Assembly: GCA_046598395.1 (NCBI GenBank)
Contig: JBKJIQ010000047.1
Location: 81,434-145,433 of the forward strand
Length of the DNA stretch: 64,000 bases
Origin: Acidimicrobiia bacterium
Lineage (GTDB): Bacteria > Actinomycetota > Acidimicrobiia > IMCC26256 > JAENVU01
Direction of reading: 5' to 3'
The position numbers and the translations under genes were made by a program. Each line of letters begins with the position of its first letter. Position 1 is the first letter of the stretch. The notes below the pieces were generated by a model. That model was not told the DNA's origin, did no database searches, and saw only the letters and a program-made list of their open reading frames with translations. Shown here piece by piece: positions 18,985 through 27,501 of the stretch.

Positions 18985-19821
18985 ATGGTCACCCGGCGCG
19001 TCTCCCCCGTGCTCGTCCTCGTCGCAGGCTTGATCTGCGGGGTGACGGCGGGCGCGGCGTGGGCCGTGTCCTCGACCGCGCGCGACGAGCGCACCATTCT
19101 CAACGAGGCATACAGCATCGCGCGGAGTGAACCGGTTCGCGAGATCTTCGCTCGTCAGATCGCCGAGGCGTTCGTACCGCATTCCGCGGCGAGTTCACCG
19201 GCCGACTTGATCCGTTCGAACGACATCGGCCGCAAGGCGGTGGAATCCCCCGCGTTCCAGCAGGCGTTCGCCACCGCACTCGTGCCGATCTATCAACACT
19301 TGGTGCGCGGAACCACGGGTGACATCGTGCTCGACCCTGCCCTCGTGCAACAGGCAATCGCTTCCACCGGCGCCCAGGCGCCGCCGGACTTCTCGCTACA
19401 GATCGCGAGTGACGACATCCCCGACCTCCGGCCGACCCTCGACTTCATGAAAGCTGTCGCCGGCGCACTCGGCGCACTCGCGGTGCTCCTCATCGGCGTC
19501 GGACTGGGAATCGCGCCCCATCGCGGCCGAGCGGTGATGCGCATTGGGCGCTGGCTCATCACGACCGGTCTGATCACCATCCTCGTGTTCTGGGCGCTCC
19601 CCAACCTCGCACTGCTTCCACTCGGAGGTTGGATCGGGGTCATCGGGATCGTGCTCGCCACCGGAGATTGGCTGGTGGTTCCGGCGTCGGTGCTCACGGC
19701 GTTGGGAATCGTGATCGTCGTCATGGGTCGCGCGGGCGAAGCCGAAGAACGGCGTCGCACACTCTCGGTCATTCCCAGCCGCGTGGGCCGGGTTCCAACC
19801 CGAGCCAGCATCTCGACCTAG
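18985..19821 (+). CDS. hypothetical integral membrane protein
   Basis: The ATG at 18985 gives MVTRRVSPVLVLVAGLICGV... (an N-terminal TM segment). A soluble segment follows, then several C-terminal hydrophobic helices. No family recognised. Confidence 0.65.
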   Translation: MVTRRVSPVLVLVAGLICGVTAGAAWAVSSTARDERTILNEAYSIARSEPVREIFARQIAEAFVPHSAASSPADLIRSNDIGRKAVESPAFQQAFATALVPIYQHLVRGTTGDIVLDPALVQQAIASTGAQAPPDFSLQIASDDIPDLRPTLDFMKAVAGALGALAVLLIGVGLGIAPHRGRAVMRIGRWLITTGLITILVFWALPNLALLPLGGWIGVIGIVLATGDWLVVPASVLTALGIVIVVMGRAGEAEERRRTLSVIPSRVGRVPTRASIST

Positions 19822-19827
19822 CCGGAA

Positions 19828-20895
19828 CTAACCCTCGGTCAGTCCAGCGATCGCGCGATCGCGAACCCCGACGAAGCGCTCGAGCACCTGGTCGGCCCAC
19901 GTTGCGTCATCAGGAGCAAATGCGGCGCGCAGCTGTTCCTTGATGGCCGGCGCCACCGGTCCTTGCGGATCCGAATACCCATGGAGCCAAGCGTCGGCGC
20001 GCAACGCGTCGGACACCGCCACGATGTCGACGGTCCCCCACTCGATCGCCACTCCTGCAACGCCCACCCCCGGCAACCAGGTCTCTATCGCGTCGAGCAC
20101 ATCGCCACGGACGTCGGCCGAAACCGACGTCCCCTCGCTCGGAATCAGGTAGCCGTCGAAGCAGGTATCGAGGCGCGCCTTCCCGGCACGGTCGGGATGA
20201 CTCGCGATGAGTTCGCCGTGACCCCGTTCGCCCAGCCCGGTATGGAGGTCGAGAATTGCGACGCTGCGGGCGCCGGAGAGACGTTCGCGCACAATCCGCT
20301 CCAACGTGTGATGGGACCAGACTCTCGCGTGACCGCCGAAGAAAATTCCGGTCGGATGGTGGTACTGCCCACTGCTCACTGCGGCTTGGAGACCATCGAA
20401 TCCATTGCGACCCGCGAACTCGAGCAACGTTTCCGCGGTCGCCTGTCGGACTTGGTCGTCCCAGACGGCGGGGACCAGGGCGGCGGCAAGTTCGTCGTAG
20501 CCGGGATTGTCGGGGAGCGCATCGTCGAAGTCGATGCCGTTGCGATTGAGGTCCACGTTGTCTTCGTTCACCCGCCGGATCCACGCGAAGCCATACGGGT
20601 TGATCGCGTGAATCATCGTCACGGAAAGATCGCCGGGTAGGGGCACACCGTCGCGGAGCCAACTCGTCTGGCACAGGCTCCCGGCAAAGCCTTCCACGCC
20701 GTGGGTACCGGAGATCAGAAGGAGTCGGTTCGCGGCATCCTGGGCACCGAAGGTGGCGACGTCAGTAGCCAGCGCGGCGCCATCCGGTCCACGTTCTGGA
20801 TGATCGAACGTTGTGATCGCTCCCCCGGCGGCGAGAGCGGCGTCGAGAAACCCCTGACGAGCGTGTGTGAAGTCGGGCGCCAGCCTCACGGGCAT
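19828..20895 (-). CDS. DUF2817 / M14-like zinc carboxypeptidase-fold protein
   Basis: The ATG at 20895 gives MPVRLAPDF.... The LLISGTHGVEGFAGS block is typical of the DUF2817 (succinylglutamate-desuccinylase/aspartoacylase-like) family. Confidence 0.75.
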   Translation of the reverse strand: MPVRLAPDFTHARQGFLDAALAAGGAITTFDHPERGPDGAALATDVATFGAQDAANRLLLISGTHGVEGFAGSLCQTSWLRDGVPLPGDLSVTMIHAINPYGFAWIRRVNEDNVDLNRNGIDFDDALPDNPGYDELAAALVPAVWDDQVRQATAETLLEFAGRNGFDGLQAAVSSGQYHHPTGIFFGGHARVWSHHTLERIVRERLSGARSVAILDLHTGLGERGHGELIASHPDRAGKARLDTCFDGYLIPSEGTSVSADVRGDVLDAIETWLPGVGVAGVAIEWGTVDIVAVSDALRADAWLHGYSDPQGPVAPAIKEQLRAAFAPDDATWADQVLERFVGVRDRAIAGLTEG

Positions 20896-20914
20896 CGACC
20901 GACGACCTTCGGCT

Positions 20915-21424
20915 CTACGACTGGACCGGTTCGCCCGCCGCGGTAACGGCGTACCAAACATCGCCCAACGCGTTGCCGTTCACATCACCCGGCGCCGCGT
21001 CACCCGTGAACGTGTAGAGCAGGTGGCCGTTGTAGCTCACCCATTTCTCGCCGTTCGCCTGCTCAGGCGTGGCCGCCTTCTTCGTGAGCCCCGCACCCAG
21101 CGTGACCGACTCGGTCGCCTTCAGCGGCGGCCAGGCCGCCAGGACCCCGGCGGGGACTTTCGAGGTGGGAGACGTTCCGTCCGGCACGTAGAGATAGAGG
21201 ACCATGCCTTTGGAGTTAGCAACAACCTTCCCGAGTGTGGTGTCGGCGAGTTGCAATGTAGTTTGCCCCGCGGGCGCCGCTGCGGTACTCGAACTCGCCG
21301 ACTTCGACGGCTTCGTGGGAGTTGAGCCATAGACCCCGCCACCTTTGCTACCGCTGCTGCTTCCACACGCGCTCGCGAGCACCGCAACGCCCACTACCGC
21401 TCCGAGCCATTTGCGATTGATCAT
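20915..21424 (-). CDS. secreted-repeat lipoprotein (Lipoprotein_15 / COG4315-like)
   Basis: The ATG at 21424 gives MINRKWLGAVVGVAVLASACGS (lipobox). A Ser/Thr-rich linker follows, then two copies of the G..LY.....D type repeat (KGMVLYLYVPD, NGHLLYTFTGD). AGGAGG lies upstream. Confidence 0.8.
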   Translation of the reverse strand: MINRKWLGAVVGVAVLASACGSSSGSKGGGVYGSTPTKPSKSASSSTAAAPAGQTTLQLADTTLGKVVANSKGMVLYLYVPDGTSPTSKVPAGVLAAWPPLKATESVTLGAGLTKKAATPEQANGEKWVSYNGHLLYTFTGDAAPGDVNGNALGDVWYAVTAAGEPVQS

Positions 21425-21459
21425 GGGTCCTCCTCTGGACCTGGCCATCGTAGGCACGC

Positions 21460-23181
21460 TCAGCGCGTCGACACTGTCGCGGTATCGCGGCCCGACCGCA
21501 GAATCGTTCCCGGCGTAGCGCCGGTCGCGGCATTTGCGGTGACCGTCTCAACTCCATTGACCAACACGTGCTCTATTCCGTACGCGCCCGCGGTCAGCCG
21601 CGCGGAACCACCAGGAAGGTCCGCGACGAGCGTGGCGTGTTCCGATCCGATCGTGGCGGGGTCGAACACCACCAAATCGGCTCGTTGCCCAGTCGCGAGC
21701 ACACCGCGATCTCGAAGCCCGAACAGGCGGGCCGGATCGCTGGTGATCATCTGCACCGCCGATTCCACCGAGACCAGTTGGCGGTCCCGGATCATGTCGC
21801 CCAAGAATCGCGTGGTGTACGGGGCGCCGCACATGCGGTCAAGGTGCGCGCCGGCGTCGGACCCTCCGAGCATTGCGCGCGGGTCCTCCCACACCTCTTT
21901 GCGGAGGTCCCATGACGCGGCGTCGCCGTCGGGTGCAATCGGCCAGAGAATCGTGCGGAGATCATCGGCAACCACGATGTCGATCAACGTCGCGAATGGA
22001 TCCGTCCCGCGTTCCGCGGCCACGGCTTTCACCGTCCGACCTTTGAGCCCCTCATTGGCCGCCGAGTACGTGTCGCCGAGGACGTAGTTCGTCCAATCGG
22101 CGAGACGACGGAACACCCCCGCCTCCTCACTGTTCGCGCGGGCATTCATCCATTCACGAGTCTCGGGGTTCTTGAGCTTCGCTATTCGATCCGCCACCGG
22201 CAAGTTCAACACGTCGCCCCACCCGGGCAGCATGTTGAGTGCGCAGTAACTCAGAAAGCTCATGTTCATGGGCACCAGGACTGGCATGGTCAACGCCACC
22301 ACCCGTCCCCCGAGTTCGCGGGCGCGATCCGCGGCCGAAAGTTGGCGCGGCACGCGTTGGGGTACTCGGGAGTCGACCGTCAAGACGTTCCAGTTCAGGG
22401 GTCGGCCTCCGGCAGCCGACATGCGAGCGAGGAGATCGATCTCGTCATCGTCGAACTGATCGAGACAGCCGTCGATGATTGCTTCGAGCGACGTGCCCTC
22501 ATGGTCGCCGACGGCCGCGCACAACGCGAGCACCTCAGCCTCGCTCGCCCACCGGGACGCGACAGGCTGGCCGTCACCGTCCGAGTGAGTCTTCGACAGC
22601 GTGGTGGAGAAGCCCAGACCACCGGCGTCGATCGCAGTGTGCAACTCGCGCACCATCGCTTCGATCTCGGCGTCGGTGGCTTCCCGACCCACCGCTTCCG
22701 CGCCCATCACGTAGCGCCGCAACGCGCAATGGCCCACAAGGAAGCCCGCGTTCACCGCCACCTTGCCATCGAGTCGGCCCAGATATTGCGCAAAGGTTTC
22801 CCAGTCCCATTCGACGCCGTGTTCCAACGCGGTCAGCGGCATCCCCTCGACCTTGGCCATCATGCGCCGGAGGTAGTCGGCATCCTCCGCGTGCAACGGC
22901 GCGAGCGTAAAGCCGCAGTTGCCGCCGATCACGGTGGTCACCCCGTGCACATTGCTCGGCGACGCGCTGGCATCCCAGAAGAGCTGTGCGTCGTAGTGGG
23001 TGTGCGGATCGACGAACCCCGGCGTCACCATGAGGCCGCCGGCGTCAATCTCGCGCTGCGCACTTCCCTCGACATCACCCACTTCGACGATGAGCCCGTC
23101 CTGTACTGCGACGTCGGCTTGGCGAGCCGAAGCACCCGTACCGTCCACGACCGTCGCGCCCTTCACCACTACGTCGAACAT
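21460..23181 (-). CDS. N-acyl-D-amino-acid deacylase-like amidohydrolase
   Basis: The ATG at 23181 is preceded by GGAGG and gives MFDVVVKGATVVDGTG.... PGFVDPHTHYD is the metal-binding motif. The 222 upstream codons of the track ORF are Arg/Gly-rich and overlap the next gene. Confidence 0.88.
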   Translation of the reverse strand: MFDVVVKGATVVDGTGASARQADVAVQDGLIVEVGDVEGSAQREIDAGGLMVTPGFVDPHTHYDAQLFWDASASPSNVHGVTTVIGGNCGFTLAPLHAEDADYLRRMMAKVEGMPLTALEHGVEWDWETFAQYLGRLDGKVAVNAGFLVGHCALRRYVMGAEAVGREATDAEIEAMVRELHTAIDAGGLGFSTTLSKTHSDGDGQPVASRWASEAEVLALCAAVGDHEGTSLEAIIDGCLDQFDDDEIDLLARMSAAGGRPLNWNVLTVDSRVPQRVPRQLSAADRARELGGRVVALTMPVLVPMNMSFLSYCALNMLPGWGDVLNLPVADRIAKLKNPETREWMNARANSEEAGVFRRLADWTNYVLGDTYSAANEGLKGRTVKAVAAERGTDPFATLIDIVVADDLRTILWPIAPDGDAASWDLRKEVWEDPRAMLGGSDAGAHLDRMCGAPYTTRFLGDMIRDRQLVSVESAVQMITSDPARLFGLRDRGVLATGQRADLVVFDPATIGSEHATLVADLPGGSARLTAGAYGIEHVLVNGVETVTANAATGATPGTILRSGRDTATVSTR

Positions 23182-23208
23182 CACAACCTCCGCGCACTCG
23201 CACCACAG

Positions 23209-23227
23209 ATCTGACGAGTTGTCAGAG
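23209..23227. promoter_or_regulatory. candidate operator, site 3 of the shared box (ATCTGACGAGTTGTCAGAG)
   Basis: Lies 28 nt upstream of the deacylase-like start (23181). It is identical to the 14286 site at 15/19 positions, including ATCTGACGA and GTCAGA, with the same spacing. Confidence 0.45.
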
Positions 23228-23288
23228 TAGAGGTTGCCGGCGACGGGTCGATATTTCTCCATTCGATCCGCGTACTCGGACCGTGGAC

Positions 23289-24146
23289 TCAGGGGCGTTG
23301 CTCGGGGTTGGGATTCAGCGCACGGGGTCGACACAGCATCTGCTGACCGCCCGTCGCGAGCAGCACGCCCGACTCGGACCACACCGAGCCGACACCGGAT
23401 ACCAATCCGTCGCCAGCCGACGGCGAGTGGGCATCGGTCAAGAGAAACTCGCTCGACGGATCGAGCGCGTGGAAACGCGCCTGCACGTCGATACTCGGCG
23501 CGTACCAATCGGTGTTGTCGGGATGCCCACGCATGGCGACCGGCCAGAGCACCGTGTCGAGCACCAAGAGCGAGCGACCGGCATCGACGAACGGGTCGTC
23601 GAAGGTTGCCGTAGGCCGAAACCGGTACCACGCGTTCTCGTGGAACTCCCCGGCCGGGCGGTTGTCCCAATCGTCGATCCAGTCGCAGGGCCGAAACTCG
23701 AGGTTGTCCCAAAATGCAAACTGGGGTCCCGGGGAGATACCCGCGGCCGCCATCCGCTCGCCCGCGGTCGGACACGACTGCGGGCCAAGCACGTCGGGCA
23801 TCGTCCACGCAGCGTGCTCGAGGCCATCCACCTCGCCGACCACCCAAGTCATCGCTTCGAGAATCGGCGCACCGCGCTGACTCATCGACACTCCGATGGA
23901 TTCCACCCGTTTCGTCCGTCGCAACGTCCGCACCGACAACTCGACCGTGTCGAAATCCGCCACACCGAGGAAATGACAGGAGAACGAAGCCGGTCGCCGC
24001 AGATCGGTATGAGCACCGGCCGCCCGCAACGCTAAGGCAGCGAGGAACCCGCCATTCGGTCCCCAGATCTCCCAGTCACGTGTGATCTGACCGGTGAACC
24101 GACCGTCAGCGCCGACCACGGCGGTATCAACATCAAGTGCGCCCAT
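23289..24146 (-). CDS. acyl-CoA thioesterase (TesB-like double hotdog)
   Basis: The ATG at 24146 gives MGALDVDTAVVG.... The 285-aa length and pattern (WEIWGPNGGFLAALALRAA...) match thioesterase-II-like proteins. Confidence 0.75.
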   Translation of the reverse strand: MGALDVDTAVVGADGRFTGQITRDWEIWGPNGGFLAALALRAAGAHTDLRRPASFSCHFLGVADFDTVELSVRTLRRTKRVESIGVSMSQRGAPILEAMTWVVGEVDGLEHAAWTMPDVLGPQSCPTAGERMAAAGISPGPQFAFWDNLEFRPCDWIDDWDNRPAGEFHENAWYRFRPTATFDDPFVDAGRSLLVLDTVLWPVAMRGHPDNTDWYAPSIDVQARFHALDPSSEFLLTDAHSPSAGDGLVSGVGSVWSESGVLLATGGQQMLCRPRALNPNPEQRP

Positions 24147-24235
24147 CGCCGAGATCGTACGGAACGAACCTGCTTGGCGCCCAGCAATAATCGCCCGGCG
24201 GTATCCTCCGGCGGAATCTGACCGAGGAGCACCAG

Positions 24236-25831
24236 GTGGCACGCGCGGATATCGAATGGGGAACCATCCCGAAGTTGCTGCACCACGCGGCGACAACTCG
24301 CGGCGAGGCCCCGGCGATCTACGACGGCGAAGCCGTGGTCTCGTGGGCCGAGCTCGAGCGAGTCGCCCGGCGCGCCGCGGCGGCGTATATCGCACTCGGC
24401 GTGGAGTCGGGTGATCGGGTCGCGATCTGGGCGCCCAACGTATGGGAATGGATCCCGGCCGCGCTTGGTATTCACCTCGCCGGCGGAGTGCTCGTTCCGC
24501 TCAACACCCGGTACAAGGGAGTAGAGGCCGCGTACATCCTCGGCCGCAGCGGAGCAAAGGTCCTGATCACGATGGGAGAATTTCTGGGGACCGACTACGC
24601 AGGCATGCTCGCCGGTGCCGTCGAGATCGCCACCGATCTCCCGGAGGTTCGTGCGGTCGTCACGCTGCGTACCACCGGCCCAAGCAGCTGGGATGCGTTC
24701 CTCGCGTCGGGTGCCCACGTCAGCGAATCCACGGTGACCGAGCGCGCGGATGCCGTCTCCACGGACGACCTGTCCGACATCCTGTTCACCTCGGGCACTA
24801 CCGGAAACCCGAAGGGCGTCATGACCACCCACGGTGCCAACCTCCGGGCGTTCCAGGCCTGGAGCGACGTTGTTGGCCTGCGCGACGGTGACCGCTACCT
24901 CATCGTCAATCCGTTCTTCCACGCGTTCGGCTACAAGGCCGGTTGGCTGAGCGCGCTCCTGACGGGCGCGACGATTCATCCCCAAGCTGTGTTCGACGTG
25001 GACCAGGTGCTCGAGCGCGTGACCCGCGAGCACATCACGATGTTGCCCGGTCCCCCAACGCTGTTCCACACCATTCTGGATCACCCACGCCGGGCCGACT
25101 ACGACCTCTCGACCCTCCGGCTTGCGGTCACCGGCGCGGCCGCGATTCCCGTGGAACTCATCGTGCGCATGCGCGACGAACTCACTTTCGAGACGATCAT
25201 CACGGGGTACGGGCTGACCGAGGCTTGCGGCATTGCGACCATGTGTCGGTTCGATGACGACCCCGATACCATCGCCACCACCAGCGGCCGTGCGATTCCT
25301 GACGTTGAAGTGATCGTGGTCGACCCCGATGGTACCGAACAACCGGCCGGCGAGCCCGGCGAAGTTGTGGTCCGTGGCTACAACGTCATGCTCGGGTACT
25401 TCGACGATCCCGAAGAAACCACGGCCACCATCGATGCCGACGGCTGGCTCCACACCGGCGACATCGGCGTGATGGATGTTCGTGGGTACCTCAAGATCAC
25501 GGACCGCACCAAGGACATGTTCATCGTCGGCGGATTCAACGCGTACCCGGCGGAAATCGAGAATCTGATGTTGCACAACGACGCGATCGCACAGGTCGCA
25601 GTGATCGGAATCCCCGATGATCGCATGGGCGAGGTCGGAATGGCCTTCGTGGTGTTGCGCCCCGGAGCGCACACGACCGCCGCGGAGATCACGGCCTGGA
25701 GCCGGGCATACATGGCCAACTTCAAGGTGCCCCGCCGAGTGGAAATTGTGGATCAGCTCCCCCTGAACGCCACCGGCAAGGTGCTCAAGTACGAACTCCG
25801 AGCCCGCGCGGGCACGCCGTTCGCTCCCTGA
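24236..25831 (+). CDS. AMP-dependent acyl-CoA synthetase/ligase
   Basis: 531 aa. The GTG start is preceded by GAGGAG. Motifs: FTSGTTGNPKGVMTTH and GYGLTE. Confidence 0.92.
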   Translation: MARADIEWGTIPKLLHHAATTRGEAPAIYDGEAVVSWAELERVARRAAAAYIALGVESGDRVAIWAPNVWEWIPAALGIHLAGGVLVPLNTRYKGVEAAYILGRSGAKVLITMGEFLGTDYAGMLAGAVEIATDLPEVRAVVTLRTTGPSSWDAFLASGAHVSESTVTERADAVSTDDLSDILFTSGTTGNPKGVMTTHGANLRAFQAWSDVVGLRDGDRYLIVNPFFHAFGYKAGWLSALLTGATIHPQAVFDVDQVLERVTREHITMLPGPPTLFHTILDHPRRADYDLSTLRLAVTGAAAIPVELIVRMRDELTFETIITGYGLTEACGIATMCRFDDDPDTIATTSGRAIPDVEVIVVDPDGTEQPAGEPGEVVVRGYNVMLGYFDDPEETTATIDADGWLHTGDIGVMDVRGYLKITDRTKDMFIVGGFNAYPAEIENLMLHNDAIAQVAVIGIPDDRMGEVGMAFVVLRPGAHTTAAEITAWSRAYMANFKVPRRVEIVDQLPLNATGKVLKYELRARAGTPFAP

Positions 25832-25856
25832 GTTCTCGGCTGCCACGGGAAGCGCC

Positions 25857-25875
25857 GTTGCACGTTGCGTGCAAC
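25857..25875. promoter_or_regulatory. candidate TetR operator: GTTGCACG-TTG-CGTGCAAC
   Basis: Perfect 8-bp inverted arms with a 3-bp spacer. It lies 26 nt after the ligase stop and 21 nt before the TetR ATG (25896). It could alternatively be a small terminator hairpin. Confidence 0.45.
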
Positions 25876-25895
25876 TACCTCTACCGTGCCGCCCG

Positions 25896-26483
25896 ATGAC
25901 AAGTGCCCCGGCCGTCGACGGCCGCTCCGCCCGAGCACAGCGCACCCGCGACTCCGTGGTGAACGCGGTCCTCGAACTCGCCAACGCCGGCAGCACTCGG
26001 CCGACCGCTCGTGAGATCGCCGACCGGGCCGGGATCTCGGTTCGGTCGGTCTACGTACATTTTGAGGACCTTGACGACCTGTTCCGCTCCGCGGCCGACC
26101 GCCATTTCGAACGCATGGCCGCATTGTTGGCACCCATCGACGATGCCCTCCCGCTCGACCAGCGAACCGCGGCCGCGGTGGACCAACGGATCGCGATCCA
26201 TGAGCAGTTCGGCACCATCCGAAGGGCGGCCGAGCTTTGGGCACCCCAATCCCCTGCCCTCGCCGAGGTCCTCCGCTTGGGTCGCGAGGTGGCCCGCTAC
26301 GACATTGAACGCCTCTTCGGTTCCGAACTCATTGGCCGCGACGACCATGACATCGCGCTCGGCGCCGTGACGCTGCTGATGAGTCCCGAAGCGTGGGACA
26401 GTTTGCGCGGCCAGGGGCTTTCGGTTAACGCCGCTCGCGAGATTGTGCTCCACGCCACCAACCGCCTGCTCGACGAAAAGTGA
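25896..26483 (+). CDS. TetR-family transcriptional regulator
   Basis: N-terminal HTH TAREIADRAGISVRSVYVHF. I prefer the ATG at 25896 over the track GTG at 25869, which falls inside the palindrome. Confidence 0.88.
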   Translation: MTSAPAVDGRSARAQRTRDSVVNAVLELANAGSTRPTAREIADRAGISVRSVYVHFEDLDDLFRSAADRHFERMAALLAPIDDALPLDQRTAAAVDQRIAIHEQFGTIRRAAELWAPQSPALAEVLRLGREVARYDIERLFGSELIGRDDHDIALGAVTLLMSPEAWDSLRGQGLSVNAAREIVLHATNRLLDEK

Positions 26484-26493
26484 TGGATCCTTG

Positions 26494-27411
26494 ATGGACG
26501 TACTGCGCACGCCCGACGATCGGTTCGTTGGCCTCCCCGATTACCCATTCGCCCCCCACTACCGCAAGGTTCCACAGGGAAACGGGGACGGCGACCTCCG
26601 GATTCACTATGTCGATGAGGGCCCCGCCGACGCGGCCGAAACGATCCTACTGATGCACGGTGAGCCTTCGTGGAGCTTCCTGTACCGCCATATGATCCCG
26701 ATCCTCGCGGCAGCGGGCCATCGGGTCGTTGCTCCCGATCTCGTGGGCTTCGGACGCTCGGACAAGCCCACTCCCCGCACCGAGTACACCTACCAACGCC
26801 ACGTCGACTGGATGGTCGCGTGGCTGACCGACCTGGAACTCAGCGGCATCACGCTCGTCTGTCAGGACTGGGGCGGTCTCATCGGTTTACGGCTCGTCGC
26901 GGCAATGCCGGACCGCTTTCGGAGGGTCGTGGCCGCCAATACGTTTCTCCCCACCGGAGACCAACCTCCGGGTGATGCGTTCCTCGCTTGGCAGAAGTTC
27001 TCCCAAGAGGTCGAGCCGTTCCCCACGGGGCGCATCATCAACGGTGGCTGCATGACCGACCTCTCCGAAGCGGTGATCGCCGGCTACGACGCGCCATTCC
27101 CCGACGAGACCTACAAGGAAGGTGCCCGACAGTTTCCGCTCCTCGTGCCGACATCGCCCGACGATCCGGCTGCGGCGCCGAACCGCGCCGCGTGGGAAGT
27201 GCTCTCGAGTTTCCACCGACCGTTCCTAACCGCCTTCTCCGACGGCGACGCCGTCACCGGCGGCGGCGATGTTCCGATTCGCGCCAAGATCCCGGGCACC
27301 GTCGGTCAGCCGCACACCACCATTGTCGGAGGCGGCCACTTCCTGCAGGAAGACCGTGGGCCCGAACTCGCCGCCGTCGTCAACGACTTCATCTCGGGAA
27401 CTCCGGCATGA
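26494..27411 (+). CDS. haloalkane dehalogenase (DhlA/DhmA-like, alpha/beta hydrolase)
   Basis: The ATG at 26494 gives MDVLRTPDDRF.... Motifs: HGEPSWSFLYRHMIP, GFGRSDKP, the nucleophile elbow QDWGG, and the catalytic His in GGGHFLQED. It starts 10 nt after the TetR stop. Confidence 0.88.
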   Translation: MDVLRTPDDRFVGLPDYPFAPHYRKVPQGNGDGDLRIHYVDEGPADAAETILLMHGEPSWSFLYRHMIPILAAAGHRVVAPDLVGFGRSDKPTPRTEYTYQRHVDWMVAWLTDLELSGITLVCQDWGGLIGLRLVAAMPDRFRRVVAANTFLPTGDQPPGDAFLAWQKFSQEVEPFPTGRIINGGCMTDLSEAVIAGYDAPFPDETYKEGARQFPLLVPTSPDDPAAAPNRAAWEVLSSFHRPFLTAFSDGDAVTGGGDVPIRAKIPGTVGQPHTTIVGGGHFLQEDRGPELAAVVNDFISGTPA

Positions 27412-27501
27412 CCCGGCCCCACTCGCCTTGTCGAACTGTCTAGGGTCAGCGCCAGTGTTCCGGGGGGAAGCACACCAAACTGAATGGTGCGGAGTGCTCC
27501 C

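Noticed and set aside
23182-23847. 222-codon N-terminal extension of the deacylase-like ORF (track ORF 21460..23847)
   Set aside because: The extension overlaps the thioesterase gene in another frame and is Arg/Gly/Ala-rich. Homologous proteins begin at MFDVVVKG..., where an ATG with a GGAGG ribosome-binding site is present.
24216-24222. Fourth site of the ATCTGAC box upstream of the ligase at 24236
   Set aside because: It is a half-site only, with no GTCAGA partner at the required spacing. A 7-mer is expected several times by chance in this window.
24032-25996. 654-aa ORF on the minus strand
   Set aside because: It is entirely antisense to the well-supported acyl-CoA ligase (24236..25831). 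The translation is Arg/Gly/His-rich with no motif. This is a typical shadow ORF of a high-GC gene.
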